A stretch of DNA of 64,000 nucleotides, from assembly GCA_048571215.1 (NCBI GenBank), contig CP182352.1:1856001-1920000 (forward strand), read 5' to 3'. Position numbers and translations under genes: made by a program. Below are positions 20,009 through 29,422 of this stretch, one piece after another; position 1 is the stretch's first letter; each line of letters starts with the position of its first letter. Below the pieces are notes generated by a model. The model did not search any database, was not told the DNA's origin, and worked only from the letters and a program-made list of their open reading frames with translations. The DNA comes from Halarcobacter sp. GTDB lineage: Bacteria > Campylobacterota > Campylobacteria > Campylobacterales > Arcobacteraceae.

Positions 20009-21886
20009 ATGACTAACGAAAAATTTTTAGAAGATTTAAAAGATGTATATGAATTTTTAAATGCACAAAAAGCAAATGTAAATAAATTTATCACTTATTT
20101 AGAAAACAATGAGTTTGAAAAACTTACTATTATAGATGAGTTTGCAAATACATTAAACCTAGAGTTAAAAGATGATTTAAGAGTGGCACTTATCACTCGA
20201 CTTGTAAATTTAAGGGATGATTCCCTTGTACAAGTTTTAAAAAAACTTGGGAAAAATGAAGATGAAGTTATAGCTTTACAAGAAAAAGCCTATGTCTTTG
20301 TAAGGGATTTTTGGCAAGCTAAACATAAGAATACAATAGATTATATAAAACACAATAAGCTTTTAACTCCCTTTTATCAAGCAGTTTTTGAAGGTGTTTA
20401 TAATGTTGGTTTAAAGATGTCTTTATGGCAAAGTGATTGGACAAGCCATATTATAAATGGTATAAATAAAGAGTTATCTTCTATGTTTGAAGGGGATGAT
20501 GAGAAAGTTATGGATTATCTTGAAAAAAACAAGCTTTTTGATTTGGGTCATGGGAATATTACATCAGATAGATCATACTCTGCTTTAGTAAAAGAGAAAG
20601 AAAACTTCTACTCAAAAGCCTATATTGAAAGCTTTAAAGAACAAACAACAGCCGTAATAGATGCACTTGAAGAGTTTGAAGAAAGATTAATAGAGCTAGA
20701 AGATGAAACCTATGGTCAAAAATGGGATTATATTTTATATATCCAATCTCTAATCAAAGCTTTTAGTGAAAATAAAACACACTTACTTGTGGAAAAATGG
20801 GCAGATGTTGATAGGGCATGGATGAAAATAAAAACTCCTATTCAAATAGGACATCCACTTGAATATTATGAAGACCATTATAGGAAAGCTGTTGCCTTAG
20901 AGTGGGATATAAGACTTACAAATCCAGAGTTTGCACAAAATGACAATAGAGTAAATAAAATCAAAGCAGCTTTTGCAAAGATTTTTGATAGTTTTGAAGC
21001 AAATGAAAGCTATAAAAATATCTATGAGTTTTCACTAAAATCCCTTGATAAAGTGCAACTATACGTAGGAAGACCAGCACTGTTTTTTGCAGCAGAGTTC
21101 AATGGGCTATTTTCAGCACAAGTTGTACCAAATGATGAAGTTGTAAGTAAAGAAGAGGGTAAAAAAATCTTTGCTTTTTCAGATGAGATACTTCAAACAA
21201 GTAGAGCAAAACCATTTTTAAAGTTAAGTAGTGAAATCTTTGGACAAAAGTTTCTAAGTGAAGATAGAAAGTTTTTATTTAATGAAACCGCTGCTTGGCA
21301 TCAAGTTTATGATATCACAACTATTGGACATGAGTTTGGACATATTTTATGGTGTGATGAAGAGACAGAAACTGTGATGAATAAAACTGGAAATTTCAAA
21401 AACATTGAAGAGTTCAAAGCCACAACTGGTGGTTTAGTATCGTTTTTCTTAGATGAATCAAATGATGAAAAAGATTTAGAGAAACAAGTTTTAATAGATA
21501 CAACAAAAAGAGCCGTTGGCTTGATAGGATGGATGGAAGTTGATGAAGTGCAACCTTACTATTGTGAAGGGATGATTCATCTAACAGGACTTTTTGAAAC
21601 AAAAGTTTTAGACTGGGATGAAAAATCTTTGATAATTGATATGAGTGATGAAAAATTTGAGAACTTAAAAGCTTGGTATATAAAAACCTACACCTCTTTG
21701 GCAAATCACTATTTAGATAAAAAAGATGCTACAGAGTTTTTAAGTAAGTTTACAAAAAAAGATGGAAAATATTTTATGCCAACAAACCCTAAAATAAAAT
21801 CATTTGTAAAACACTACTTTAAAAGATACCAAGAGATTGGTCAAGAGTTAGATACAAATGATAAAAAAAGCAACTATATAAACTAA
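20009..21886 (+). CDS. ciaB: Campylobacter invasion antigen B homologue
   Basis: QIGHPLEYYEDHYRKAVALEWDIR, GLFSAQVVPNDE, TIGHEFGH, EEFKATTGGL. Confidence 0.92.
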   Translation: MTNEKFLEDLKDVYEFLNAQKANVNKFITYLENNEFEKLTIIDEFANTLNLELKDDLRVALITRLVNLRDDSLVQVLKKLGKNEDEVIALQEKAYVFVRDFWQAKHKNTIDYIKHNKLLTPFYQAVFEGVYNVGLKMSLWQSDWTSHIINGINKELSSMFEGDDEKVMDYLEKNKLFDLGHGNITSDRSYSALVKEKENFYSKAYIESFKEQTTAVIDALEEFEERLIELEDETYGQKWDYILYIQSLIKAFSENKTHLLVEKWADVDRAWMKIKTPIQIGHPLEYYEDHYRKAVALEWDIRLTNPEFAQNDNRVNKIKAAFAKIFDSFEANESYKNIYEFSLKSLDKVQLYVGRPALFFAAEFNGLFSAQVVPNDEVVSKEEGKKIFAFSDEILQTSRAKPFLKLSSEIFGQKFLSEDRKFLFNETAAWHQVYDITTIGHEFGHILWCDEETETVMNKTGNFKNIEEFKATTGGLVSFFLDESNDEKDLEKQVLIDTTKRAVGLIGWMEVDEVQPYYCEGMIHLTGLFETKVLDWDEKSLIIDMSDEKFENLKAWYIKTYTSLANHYLDKKDATEFLSKFTKKDGKYFMPTNPKIKSFVKHYFKRYQEIGQELDTNDKKSNYIN

Positions 21887-21909
21887 GAGAGTTTAACTCT
21901 CTAGTTTAT
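21878..21909. terminator. Hairpin between convergent genes
   Basis: ATAAACT(a)AGAGAGTT-T-AACTCTCTAGTTTAT. Confidence 0.7.
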
Positions 21910-23905
21910 CACTTGATAAAGCCTCTGGTTCTCCAAAATAATACCCTTGAGAAAAATCAACACCTATTTCATATAAAAGGTTAAATATAGATTCATTTTC
22001 TACATACTCTGCAATTGTTAATATATTTTGCTTTTTAGCAAAAGATACTATTGTTTCTATAATATTTCTACTAAATTTATCTTTTTCTATATTTTTTATC
22101 AAAGAGCCGTCGATTTTCAATATATCAGGTTCAAAATCAAGTAATCTCTCAAAATTTGAATAACCTGAACCAAAATCATCTATAGCTATTTGTACCCCTC
22201 TTTTTTTTACCTTTTTAATAAAACGCCTTATGCTTCTAAAATCTCTTACATTTTCATCTTCTAGCAGTTCAAAAACTATTCTATTGTTGTCACTTTCATA
22301 CTCTTCTAAAAGATTATATATCTCTAACCTTGTACTGTCTTTTTCTATATCTAAAACTGAAAGATTTATTGATAGTTTAGTATTAATATAATCTAACATT
22401 TTAAATGAATTTTTCAAAACTCTTGAAGTAATTTTGTTATAATAACTTCCTGATTTTGTAACATGCAAAAATTTATAAGGAGAGATAACATTCCCCTCCT
22501 CATCTATCAATCGTACCAAGGATTCATATTTGTCAATCTCTTTTGTTTTATTATTTATAATTGGTTGAAAATAAGATACTATTTTATAGTTATCTAAAGC
22601 TATCTTAACCATCTTAATAATCTCAAAATTCTTTTTAGCATCTTTATTTATTTTTATTGAAGAATCGTTTGAATAGTTTATTATTTTATTTTTAGCTATA
22701 GCTTCATCTAAACCAGCCTTAGCATCTTCATAAAGACTATATTTTCCACAAGCATAACTTAGTACAATATTTAAATCATACTCTATACCATCTATATTCA
22801 AAATAGAATTTTTTACATTTTGTAAAAAAATTTCTAAGTATTCTTTTATATTTACATTTAGTTTTTCAAAATTTTTATAATCAGTCAAAATTGCAAATCT
22901 TCCCTCACCTAAGGTATAAACATTTTCAAAAATATAATTATCAGGTAAGTAAGTCAAAAGATGTGATGCAAAAGCTTTTTCTAATTGGTCTATTTTTAAG
23001 ATATTATAGAACTTTTCTAAGATATCAAACTCTTGAATTTGTATTAGTATTAAAAAAGATAAGATATTTACTTCTATCTCTTTTAATAGATGTTTTTTAT
23101 CATCTAAAACCACATCTATACTATCTCTAAATGCTATATATTCTATAATATTACCATCAGAATCCAATAAAGGTTTTATAACAGAATTACTATAATATAT
23201 ACTCCCATTTTTTGAAACATTTTTTAATATACCATGCCACGCTTTTTTCTTGTTTTTTATGGTATCCCATAAATTTTTATATATAACAGAAGCAGTATCT
23301 TTATGCCTTAAGATATTGTGACTTTTTCCAATTAACTCCTCTTTTTCATAACCTGTAATTCTACAAAAGTTTTTATTTACATAAGTTATTTTACCATTTA
23401 AATCAGTTTTTGAAACTATTGTACTATTATCAATAATATCTGAACATTGTTCAATATAATTTATATTACTTTTTAATTTCTTACTTATTTGCTTTTTTTC
23501 TAATACTTTATTTATCGTTGTATCAAATTGAACCTTATCAATAGGTTTCAAAATATATCCATCAAGACATAAGCTAATACTTCTTAAAAATAATTCTTGT
23601 TCATTAAACTTTGAAAAAACAATAATAAAGATATTATCATCTATTTTTTTTATCTCTTCAATAATTTCAAATCCGTCAAAATTAGGATTTTCTAAGTCAA
23701 TTACTATTAAATCAATACTATCCTTAATAAAACAATTCAAAGCATCATTTTTATTAGAAGCTATTAGTATTTTTTGAAAATAACCTTTAAATAATTCTAT
23801 AGGTTCATCTAAATTTTTATCATCATTGTCAATATATAGTAGATTTAAATTAGTTAAATGAAAAGATTTCGAGGTAACATTTGAAAACATATATAACCTT
23901 ATCAT
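21893..23905 (-). CDS. REC-PAS-degenerate GGDEF-EAL protein (probable c-di-GMP phosphodiesterase)
   Basis: REC, PAS (SKTDLNGKITYVN), LGEGRF in place of GGDEF, ESLVR, IAIDDFGSGYS, AEYVE, QGYYF. Confidence 0.9.
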   Translation of the reverse strand: MIRLYMFSNVTSKSFHLTNLNLLYIDNDDKNLDEPIELFKGYFQKILIASNKNDALNCFIKDSIDLIVIDLENPNFDGFEIIEEIKKIDDNIFIIVFSKFNEQELFLRSISLCLDGYILKPIDKVQFDTTINKVLEKKQISKKLKSNINYIEQCSDIIDNSTIVSKTDLNGKITYVNKNFCRITGYEKEELIGKSHNILRHKDTASVIYKNLWDTIKNKKKAWHGILKNVSKNGSIYYSNSVIKPLLDSDGNIIEYIAFRDSIDVVLDDKKHLLKEIEVNILSFLILIQIQEFDILEKFYNILKIDQLEKAFASHLLTYLPDNYIFENVYTLGEGRFAILTDYKNFEKLNVNIKEYLEIFLQNVKNSILNIDGIEYDLNIVLSYACGKYSLYEDAKAGLDEAIAKNKIINYSNDSSIKINKDAKKNFEIIKMVKIALDNYKIVSYFQPIINNKTKEIDKYESLVRLIDEEGNVISPYKFLHVTKSGSYYNKITSRVLKNSFKMLDYINTKLSINLSVLDIEKDSTRLEIYNLLEEYESDNNRIVFELLEDENVRDFRSIRRFIKKVKKRGVQIAIDDFGSGYSNFERLLDFEPDILKIDGSLIKNIEKDKFSRNIIETIVSFAKKQNILTIAEYVENESIFNLLYEIGVDFSQGYYFGEPEALSSDKLES

Positions 23906-24029
23906 TTATAAGATAATATGTAATTTTGACATAAAACATCTTAAATTACAAGTTTATATATGTCCCAAAAAAAATTATTATTTTAATTTCTGAAAATAAA
24001 TTTTTATATAAATTATTTTATTTTTTAAA

Positions 24030-26696
24030 TCAATCATATATTTTTATACTTGGATTTATTTTTTCCCAATCTTTTATCAACTCTTTTTGTAAGATAAAAC
24101 TATCTTTTGGTGTTGCAATATCATCATAATCATAAGGAGTTACAACCATTAAACCACCTTTTAAAAGTGAACTGAAAGTATTAGTTTGAATCTCTGTCCC
24201 ACTAAAAATAGAAAACTTTAACTTCAAACCACTTATATCATAAAAACTAGAGTTTATTCTAACTAGGTGTTTGTATTTGTCATAAACAAAACAATCTATA
24301 AATGTTTTATCTCCATAAAATCCAAGTTTAACTTTATTTACCTTTCCTATTTGTACATTTTTATAATATATTGGAGCATCTTGTTGAATACTTATAGGAT
24401 CATTTGATACAACTTTTAAAACAATTCCATTTTCAACTTTTTTACTATCCTCTAAACTGTCAAATCCAATAAAATCATTTTTTGCCAAACTTTGTTTACT
24501 CGATATAACTCCTATATCTACAGGCATTATAGTTGAGCCAACATTTTTTATTTCAGTTAAAGATATTTTTGGTTTTTTTAGATAAAAAACTGTTCCTTTT
24601 CTAGCAAATTTATCATAGTTTTTAAATACTTGAACTTTTACCAAAACTTTATTTTTTGAAGTTAAAGATATGTTTGTAACCTTTCCTATATCTACACCTT
24701 TATAAGTTAGTTTTGAAAAGTTTGGTTTTAGTCCTTCCACATCATCAAAAAGTATTGAAAGTGTATTTGATGAATTTTTCATACTATCATATGAAGAAAA
24801 AATTTCATAATTTTTAAATGGTTTCGATGAACTATTATCTAGCTCAATTGCCCCATTTATTAAACTTGAAAGATTATCAATTTTAAATAATACTCCACCT
24901 AATGATGCATCAAAATTTATTGCGTCTTTTTTATAAAATGCACTTTTTTTATTTATATATTTTTTATATCTATTATAAATAAAAAGCTTTACTTTTGAAG
25001 TTTTTTCATTAAATTTTATTGTTTTTACAAAACCTATCTCTTGATTTTTATACTCTATAGCTTGATTTGGTTTCAAATCAAAACTATTATCAAAACTAGC
25101 ATTTATATAAAAACCTTGGGTTTGCTCTCTTTTTAAGTTTTTTACCTCTTTATACGAGTTATATAATTTAAAACTTTTTTTACTAAATTTTGCTTTTTTA
25201 CTAACTTGTACTAAAGAGATAGCTCCATCTAAAAGTGGTTTTACTCCACTAAAATTTATATCCAAATTTAGATTTTTCAATTCAATTAGCTTCGAACTCA
25301 TATCATAAAATAAGGTTTTATCATTTATTAGATTTTTATATTTTGCTTTTACTAAAACAGATATATTTACAGTTTTGAAATCACTACTTAGTGAATAATC
25401 TAAAACTTCTCCTATAGGTAAATTTTTAAAATAAAGCTTACTCTCTTTTGTGATTGAGTTTAGATTTAAAGCATTTAGATTTATTATTAAATCCTCTTGT
25501 TCCTTTTGTACCTTACTGTTTTGAATTTCAAAGAAATATTTTGGTTTTCCTTTGTTGTACTCTATAGAGATATAATTGCCTGTGATTATTGTATTTAGAT
25601 TTTTAATACCATCTAAACCAATTTCAACCTCTTCTAAATAAAATTTACTCTTATCAGTTAATAGATATTCGTAACTCTTATAGATATATCCCTTCGCAAT
25701 TATATCAGTATCAGTTAGATGCAACTCTTTGATTTTTCCAACCTCCAAGCCTTTGTACATGATCTGTGTATCTTTTCCTACACCTTTTGCAGTTGGAAGT
25801 TTTAGATTTAAAAATGTTTTTTCAGTAAGTTCACTTTTATCATCATATAAAACATAATAGTCATCTTTTGACATCTTTTGAGCATTTTTTTTAGGGGTTT
25901 GTACTGTTATTCCCCCAACAAGAGCTGAATACAAAGAACTTACTTCTAAGTTCAACCCTCCAGGTCCAAAGTTTACTTTTAAAGCCTTGTTCATAAAAAA
26001 TTGGGAACTTTCATTTACTAAGTCATTATACCTATTATAAATATAAGCTTTTAGATATACATTTTCATCTTTAAACTCTTTTGATACTATCTCCCCTATT
26101 TGAAATCTATTATAAAAAATTGGTGTTTCAACCTCAACTAAATCTGCCTTTGTAGAGAGAATAGAAACATAATAACCATCCCCATTCAAATCCACGCTAG
26201 GTTTAGTATCAAGTCCAATAAAATCATATTTTTCTTTTGCATTTTCATACTCTTGCATGGTACGATATTTTGGATAAACCTCTATTTTATTTCCACTAAG
26301 AATAGTTCCTAGTCCTGAAATTTTTGTTAGGGTTACAGTTGGTTTTTTTATCCAAAAATCAGAACCTTGCGTTGCTACATATTTAACTACATCACTATTT
26401 ACTAAGATATTTACTTTTACACTGTTTAAATCATTTATCTCTATTTTAGTAACTTTTCCAAGCTGTAAACCTCTGTACTCCAAAGGGGTTACTTCCGCTT
26501 TTAAACCCTCTGCACTTTTAAAAACCACTGTAATATTTGTACCTTTTTTAGAATAACTCTCATAAGCAATCCAAGATAATATACCCAATACAATAAGTGG
26601 TAAAACCCAGATAAAAGAGATTGATTTTTTCTCTTTTATTTTTGGTTCATAAACAACAGTTTCTATTTCTTTATTTTCAACTTTATCTTGGCTCAT
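24030..26696 (-). CDS. Multi-MCE protein with 7 MCE repeats (LetB/YebT-like, PqiB family)
   Basis: N-terminal TM (WVLPLI); seven Y(R/K)xxxIGxV-type MCE cores; probable start MSQDK at 26696. Confidence 0.88.
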   Translation of the reverse strand: MSQDKVENKEIETVVYEPKIKEKKSISFIWVLPLIVLGILSWIAYESYSKKGTNITVVFKSAEGLKAEVTPLEYRGLQLGKVTKIEINDLNSVKVNILVNSDVVKYVATQGSDFWIKKPTVTLTKISGLGTILSGNKIEVYPKYRTMQEYENAKEKYDFIGLDTKPSVDLNGDGYYVSILSTKADLVEVETPIFYNRFQIGEIVSKEFKDENVYLKAYIYNRYNDLVNESSQFFMNKALKVNFGPGGLNLEVSSLYSALVGGITVQTPKKNAQKMSKDDYYVLYDDKSELTEKTFLNLKLPTAKGVGKDTQIMYKGLEVGKIKELHLTDTDIIAKGYIYKSYEYLLTDKSKFYLEEVEIGLDGIKNLNTIITGNYISIEYNKGKPKYFFEIQNSKVQKEQEDLIINLNALNLNSITKESKLYFKNLPIGEVLDYSLSSDFKTVNISVLVKAKYKNLINDKTLFYDMSSKLIELKNLNLDINFSGVKPLLDGAISLVQVSKKAKFSKKSFKLYNSYKEVKNLKREQTQGFYINASFDNSFDLKPNQAIEYKNQEIGFVKTIKFNEKTSKVKLFIYNRYKKYINKKSAFYKKDAINFDASLGGVLFKIDNLSSLINGAIELDNSSSKPFKNYEIFSSYDSMKNSSNTLSILFDDVEGLKPNFSKLTYKGVDIGKVTNISLTSKNKVLVKVQVFKNYDKFARKGTVFYLKKPKISLTEIKNVGSTIMPVDIGVISSKQSLAKNDFIGFDSLEDSKKVENGIVLKVVSNDPISIQQDAPIYYKNVQIGKVNKVKLGFYGDKTFIDCFVYDKYKHLVRINSSFYDISGLKLKFSIFSGTEIQTNTFSSLLKGGLMVVTPYDYDDIATPKDSFILQKELIKDWEKINPSIKIYD

Positions 26697-27270
26697 CCCA
26701 AATAATCCTCGTATCAAATATATGTGCAGCTATCATTGTAAGTACTACTACAAGAGCAAAAGATGTTGCTGCTATATCACCTTTTATATTAAATAATTCA
26801 TTAAGTTGTACAGTTGAAGCTAATAAGGCAACCACATAAATATCTATCATTGACCACTTCCCAATCAACTCAATAAAATGGTATATTTTTAGTTTTGTTT
26901 TATTGCTAAATGGTGTTTTTACCCACAAAGATATAAAAATAAACAAAAGCCCTAATAGTTTTACTAGGGGTATTATTATACTTGCAGTTAAAATAACTAT
27001 AGCAATAAAATAATCCTCATAATTTAAAAAAGATATAACCCCTTCAAATATAGTGCTTTCAACTTTAACTCCCAATTGTGTTACTTCCATCATAGGGTAT
27101 ACCATCGCTGGTATAAAAAGTAAAAGTGCAGTTATAACCAAAGCAAGTGAAATTTGCAAAGAGTTTTTAACTCTTCTTCTAACTGTATGTCCACACTTAG
27201 TACATTTAAAACTATTGTAATTCTCTTTTTTATAAACCTTATGACAATTATGACAAGATATTAATACCAT
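26683..27270 (-). CDS. PqiA/LetA-family membrane protein (C-terminal-half type)
   Basis: CxxC...CxxC; IGKWSMIDIYVV; FDTRIIWD. Confidence 0.9.
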   Translation of the reverse strand: MVLISCHNCHKVYKKENYNSFKCTKCGHTVRRRVKNSLQISLALVITALLLFIPAMVYPMMEVTQLGVKVESTIFEGVISFLNYEDYFIAIVILTASIIIPLVKLLGLLFIFISLWVKTPFSNKTKLKIYHFIELIGKWSMIDIYVVALLASTVQLNELFNIKGDIAATSFALVVVLTMIAAHIFDTRIIWDEPR

Positions 27271-27842
27271 CAGTCTAGCACACTTTTTATCTCAAATTTT
27301 CTATTAGACATATAAAACATAAAAAGGTATAAAAGCATTATATAAAAACCAACATCAAACCTAGTAGAAGCTACCATTCCTATTAGCTTTATATAGGTTA
27401 CTATTATACTTACAATAAAAACCTCTACAAAACCCCAAGTTTTAAATATATGAAAACCATCATACAAAACCCTATAAGGTAATAATCTTTTTTTTGATCT
27501 ACTTTGAATAAATGCAAATATAATAATCAAAGAGTTTAAAACAGGGGCAACAATAACTGTAAAAAAAACTAGCAAAGCAACAAAAATAAAATCTTCTTGA
27601 AAAAATACAATAAAAGACTCAAAAAGAGTTGTTTTTAGATTGTTTCCATTTAATGTTAGGCTTATTAGTGGGTACATATTTAAAAGAACAAAAAGTAAAA
27701 GTGCTGTTATAGCATAATATAAAGAATCAAGAGTGTGGCTGTTTACACTTACGATTTTACTTTCACACCTTGGGCAGATTATCTTTCTTTGTTTTTTTTC
27801 TAGAAAAAGCCCACAATGTTTACATTCTATTATATTATTCAT
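27270..27842 (-). CDS. PqiA/LetA-family membrane protein (N-terminal-half type)
   Basis: CKHCG...CPRC; WGFVEVFIVSIIVTYIKL. Confidence 0.9.
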   Translation of the reverse strand: MNNIIECKHCGLFLEKKQRKIICPRCESKIVSVNSHTLDSLYYAITALLLFVLLNMYPLISLTLNGNNLKTTLFESFIVFFQEDFIFVALLVFFTVIVAPVLNSLIIIFAFIQSRSKKRLLPYRVLYDGFHIFKTWGFVEVFIVSIIVTYIKLIGMVASTRFDVGFYIMLLYLFMFYMSNRKFEIKSVLD

Positions 27843-28494
27843 ATTCTTTTATTAAAAATTTTCTAACATAACCAGCATTTTTATCTAAAATACACCAACC
27901 ATCTTTGCAGCTAGAAATATCTATTAAAACATCTCTGGGTAAATATTTTATAACACTAGCACTAGTAATTGGATTTTTATATACTGCTAAAGATTTTGTT
28001 GCTACTCTATATATTTTTATTTTAGATTTATTTTGTTTTTCTTTTTTTATTATTTTATCTTTTATCTCTTTTTTTATTTCCTCTTTTATCTCTTCTTTAA
28101 TCTCTTCTTTTGCTAAAACTTCTGGTTCATTTGATTTCTTGGCTGCTTTTTTTATTTTTAGAATCTCTTGTTTAAGAAACTCCACTTCTCTTCTTAGTTG
28201 CATAATTTGTTTATTTGTTCCACTTGAATTAATATTTTCTTCATTTTTAGAATCGTTTAACAAAACTCTTTTGTTTTTATATAGTTCATTCATAATCAAA
28301 TCAACTTTTTCATTGACCTTGTTTATCTCTTCTTCATTTAAGTTAGATTTATCTTTTGTAATTTTGACATCTTTTAGTAAAGATTCAAATCCCACTTTAA
28401 ATAAAAAAAGCTCTAATTCAGAGGTTTTTACAACATTTTCATTGGCAAAACAAAACATAGAACTTAGTAAAAATACAGCTACAATTTTATTCAT
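27835..28494 (-). CDS. Secreted coiled-coil protein with C-terminal SH3b-like domain
   Basis: Signal peptide, coiled coil, EEIK repeats, LAVYKNP...V...L...C.DGWC...GYV. Confidence 0.72.
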   Translation of the reverse strand: MNKIVAVFLLSSMFCFANENVVKTSELELFLFKVGFESLLKDVKITKDKSNLNEEEINKVNEKVDLIMNELYKNKRVLLNDSKNEENINSSGTNKQIMQLRREVEFLKQEILKIKKAAKKSNEPEVLAKEEIKEEIKEEIKKEIKDKIIKKEKQNKSKIKIYRVATKSLAVYKNPITSASVIKYLPRDVLIDISSCKDGWCILDKNAGYVRKFLIKEYE

Positions 28495-28495
28495 T

Positions 28496-29032
28496 TTAAT
28501 TCCTCATTTTAAAAGCTGGGATAACAACTCTTTTTTTATCTTTTTTATCTATTATAAACATATATTTATCATCTTTATTTATAACATAAAATTTTTTTAT
28601 ATCTTTTAAAAGTATATCTGTAAAACTATTAGTATAAAATGCTATACCACTATTTAGTTTTTGAAATTTTTCTTTACTTTCAATTCTAATTAGATCTCCA
28701 CTTGAAGATATCATATATGTTATATTTTCATAAAAAGGATCATAATATGTATTATTTGTTTTAAACATAACCATATTGTTTTTCTCTTTATCTTGTGTAA
28801 TTTCTACCTGAGATTTTGACTCGGCAATATCTTCAACTATTATTTTATAAATATCATTTGTATTTTCACTTTTTTTTATATGTTCTTCAAACTTGTTATT
28901 TCCAACTCTTGTATCATCTAACACTTTATATAAAAAAGTTAGAAGAATCATAAATATAGTGATAGAGATAACAAGTTCTAAAATAGTAAATGATTTTTTA
29001 CCTTTAAATAGGTTTGCGTTATTTTTCATCAA
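28496..29032 (-). CDS. T2SS minor pseudopilin (GspJ-like)
   Basis: KKSFTILELVISI prepilin motif; position in cluster. Confidence 0.78.
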   Translation of the reverse strand: MMKNNANLFKGKKSFTILELVISITIFMILLTFLYKVLDDTRVGNNKFEEHIKKSENTNDIYKIIVEDIAESKSQVEITQDKEKNNMVMFKTNNTYYDPFYENITYMISSSGDLIRIESKEKFQKLNSGIAFYTNSFTDILLKDIKKFYVINKDDKYMFIIDKKDKKRVVIPAFKMRN

Positions 29033-29421
29033 AGGGATAATTTAAACCTATATATATCTTTTTTAGTTTTGTCAAAACTATATGTTGTTTTAAACTCACT
29101 AATTTTTAATGTAAAGTTATCGTACTTTAAATCTTCTGTATCTAAAATATCATCTTTTACATTCACTTTTACTTGTTTTAACTCTCTTCTTAAATCATCA
29201 TCTTTTATATTATACAATCTATCCAAATATACATTTTTATTTCTTTTACTTGCTTCATCTGTATTTATTGCAAAAAGTAAATAGTCTCTGTTTTTTCTAT
29301 TTTCATCTGCTTTTCCTAGGATAAAGATATTATTACTTTTTATTTGAAACATAGAAACCATTACAGTTGATAAAAGTACAACAGCAATTATTACTTCCAT
29401 CAATGTAAATGATTTTTTCAT
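29029..29421 (-). CDS. T2SS minor pseudopilin (GspI-like)
   Basis: MKKSFTLMEVIIA prepilin motif. Confidence 0.78.
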   Translation of the reverse strand: MKKSFTLMEVIIAVVLLSTVMVSMFQIKSNNIFILGKADENRKNRDYLLFAINTDEASKRNKNVYLDRLYNIKDDDLRRELKQVKVNVKDDILDTEDLKYDNFTLKISEFKTTYSFDKTKKDIYRFKLSL

Positions 29422-29422
29422 A

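Noticed and set aside
28050..28110. Degenerate 12-bp tandem repeat (EEIK) as a contingency locus
   Set aside because: In-frame and already diverged at DNA level; behaves like a simple spacer
27905..28609. 234-aa + strand ORF
   Set aside because: Antisense shadow of two real minus-strand genes; its Phe/Ser/Ile-rich composition mirrors Lys/Glu codons
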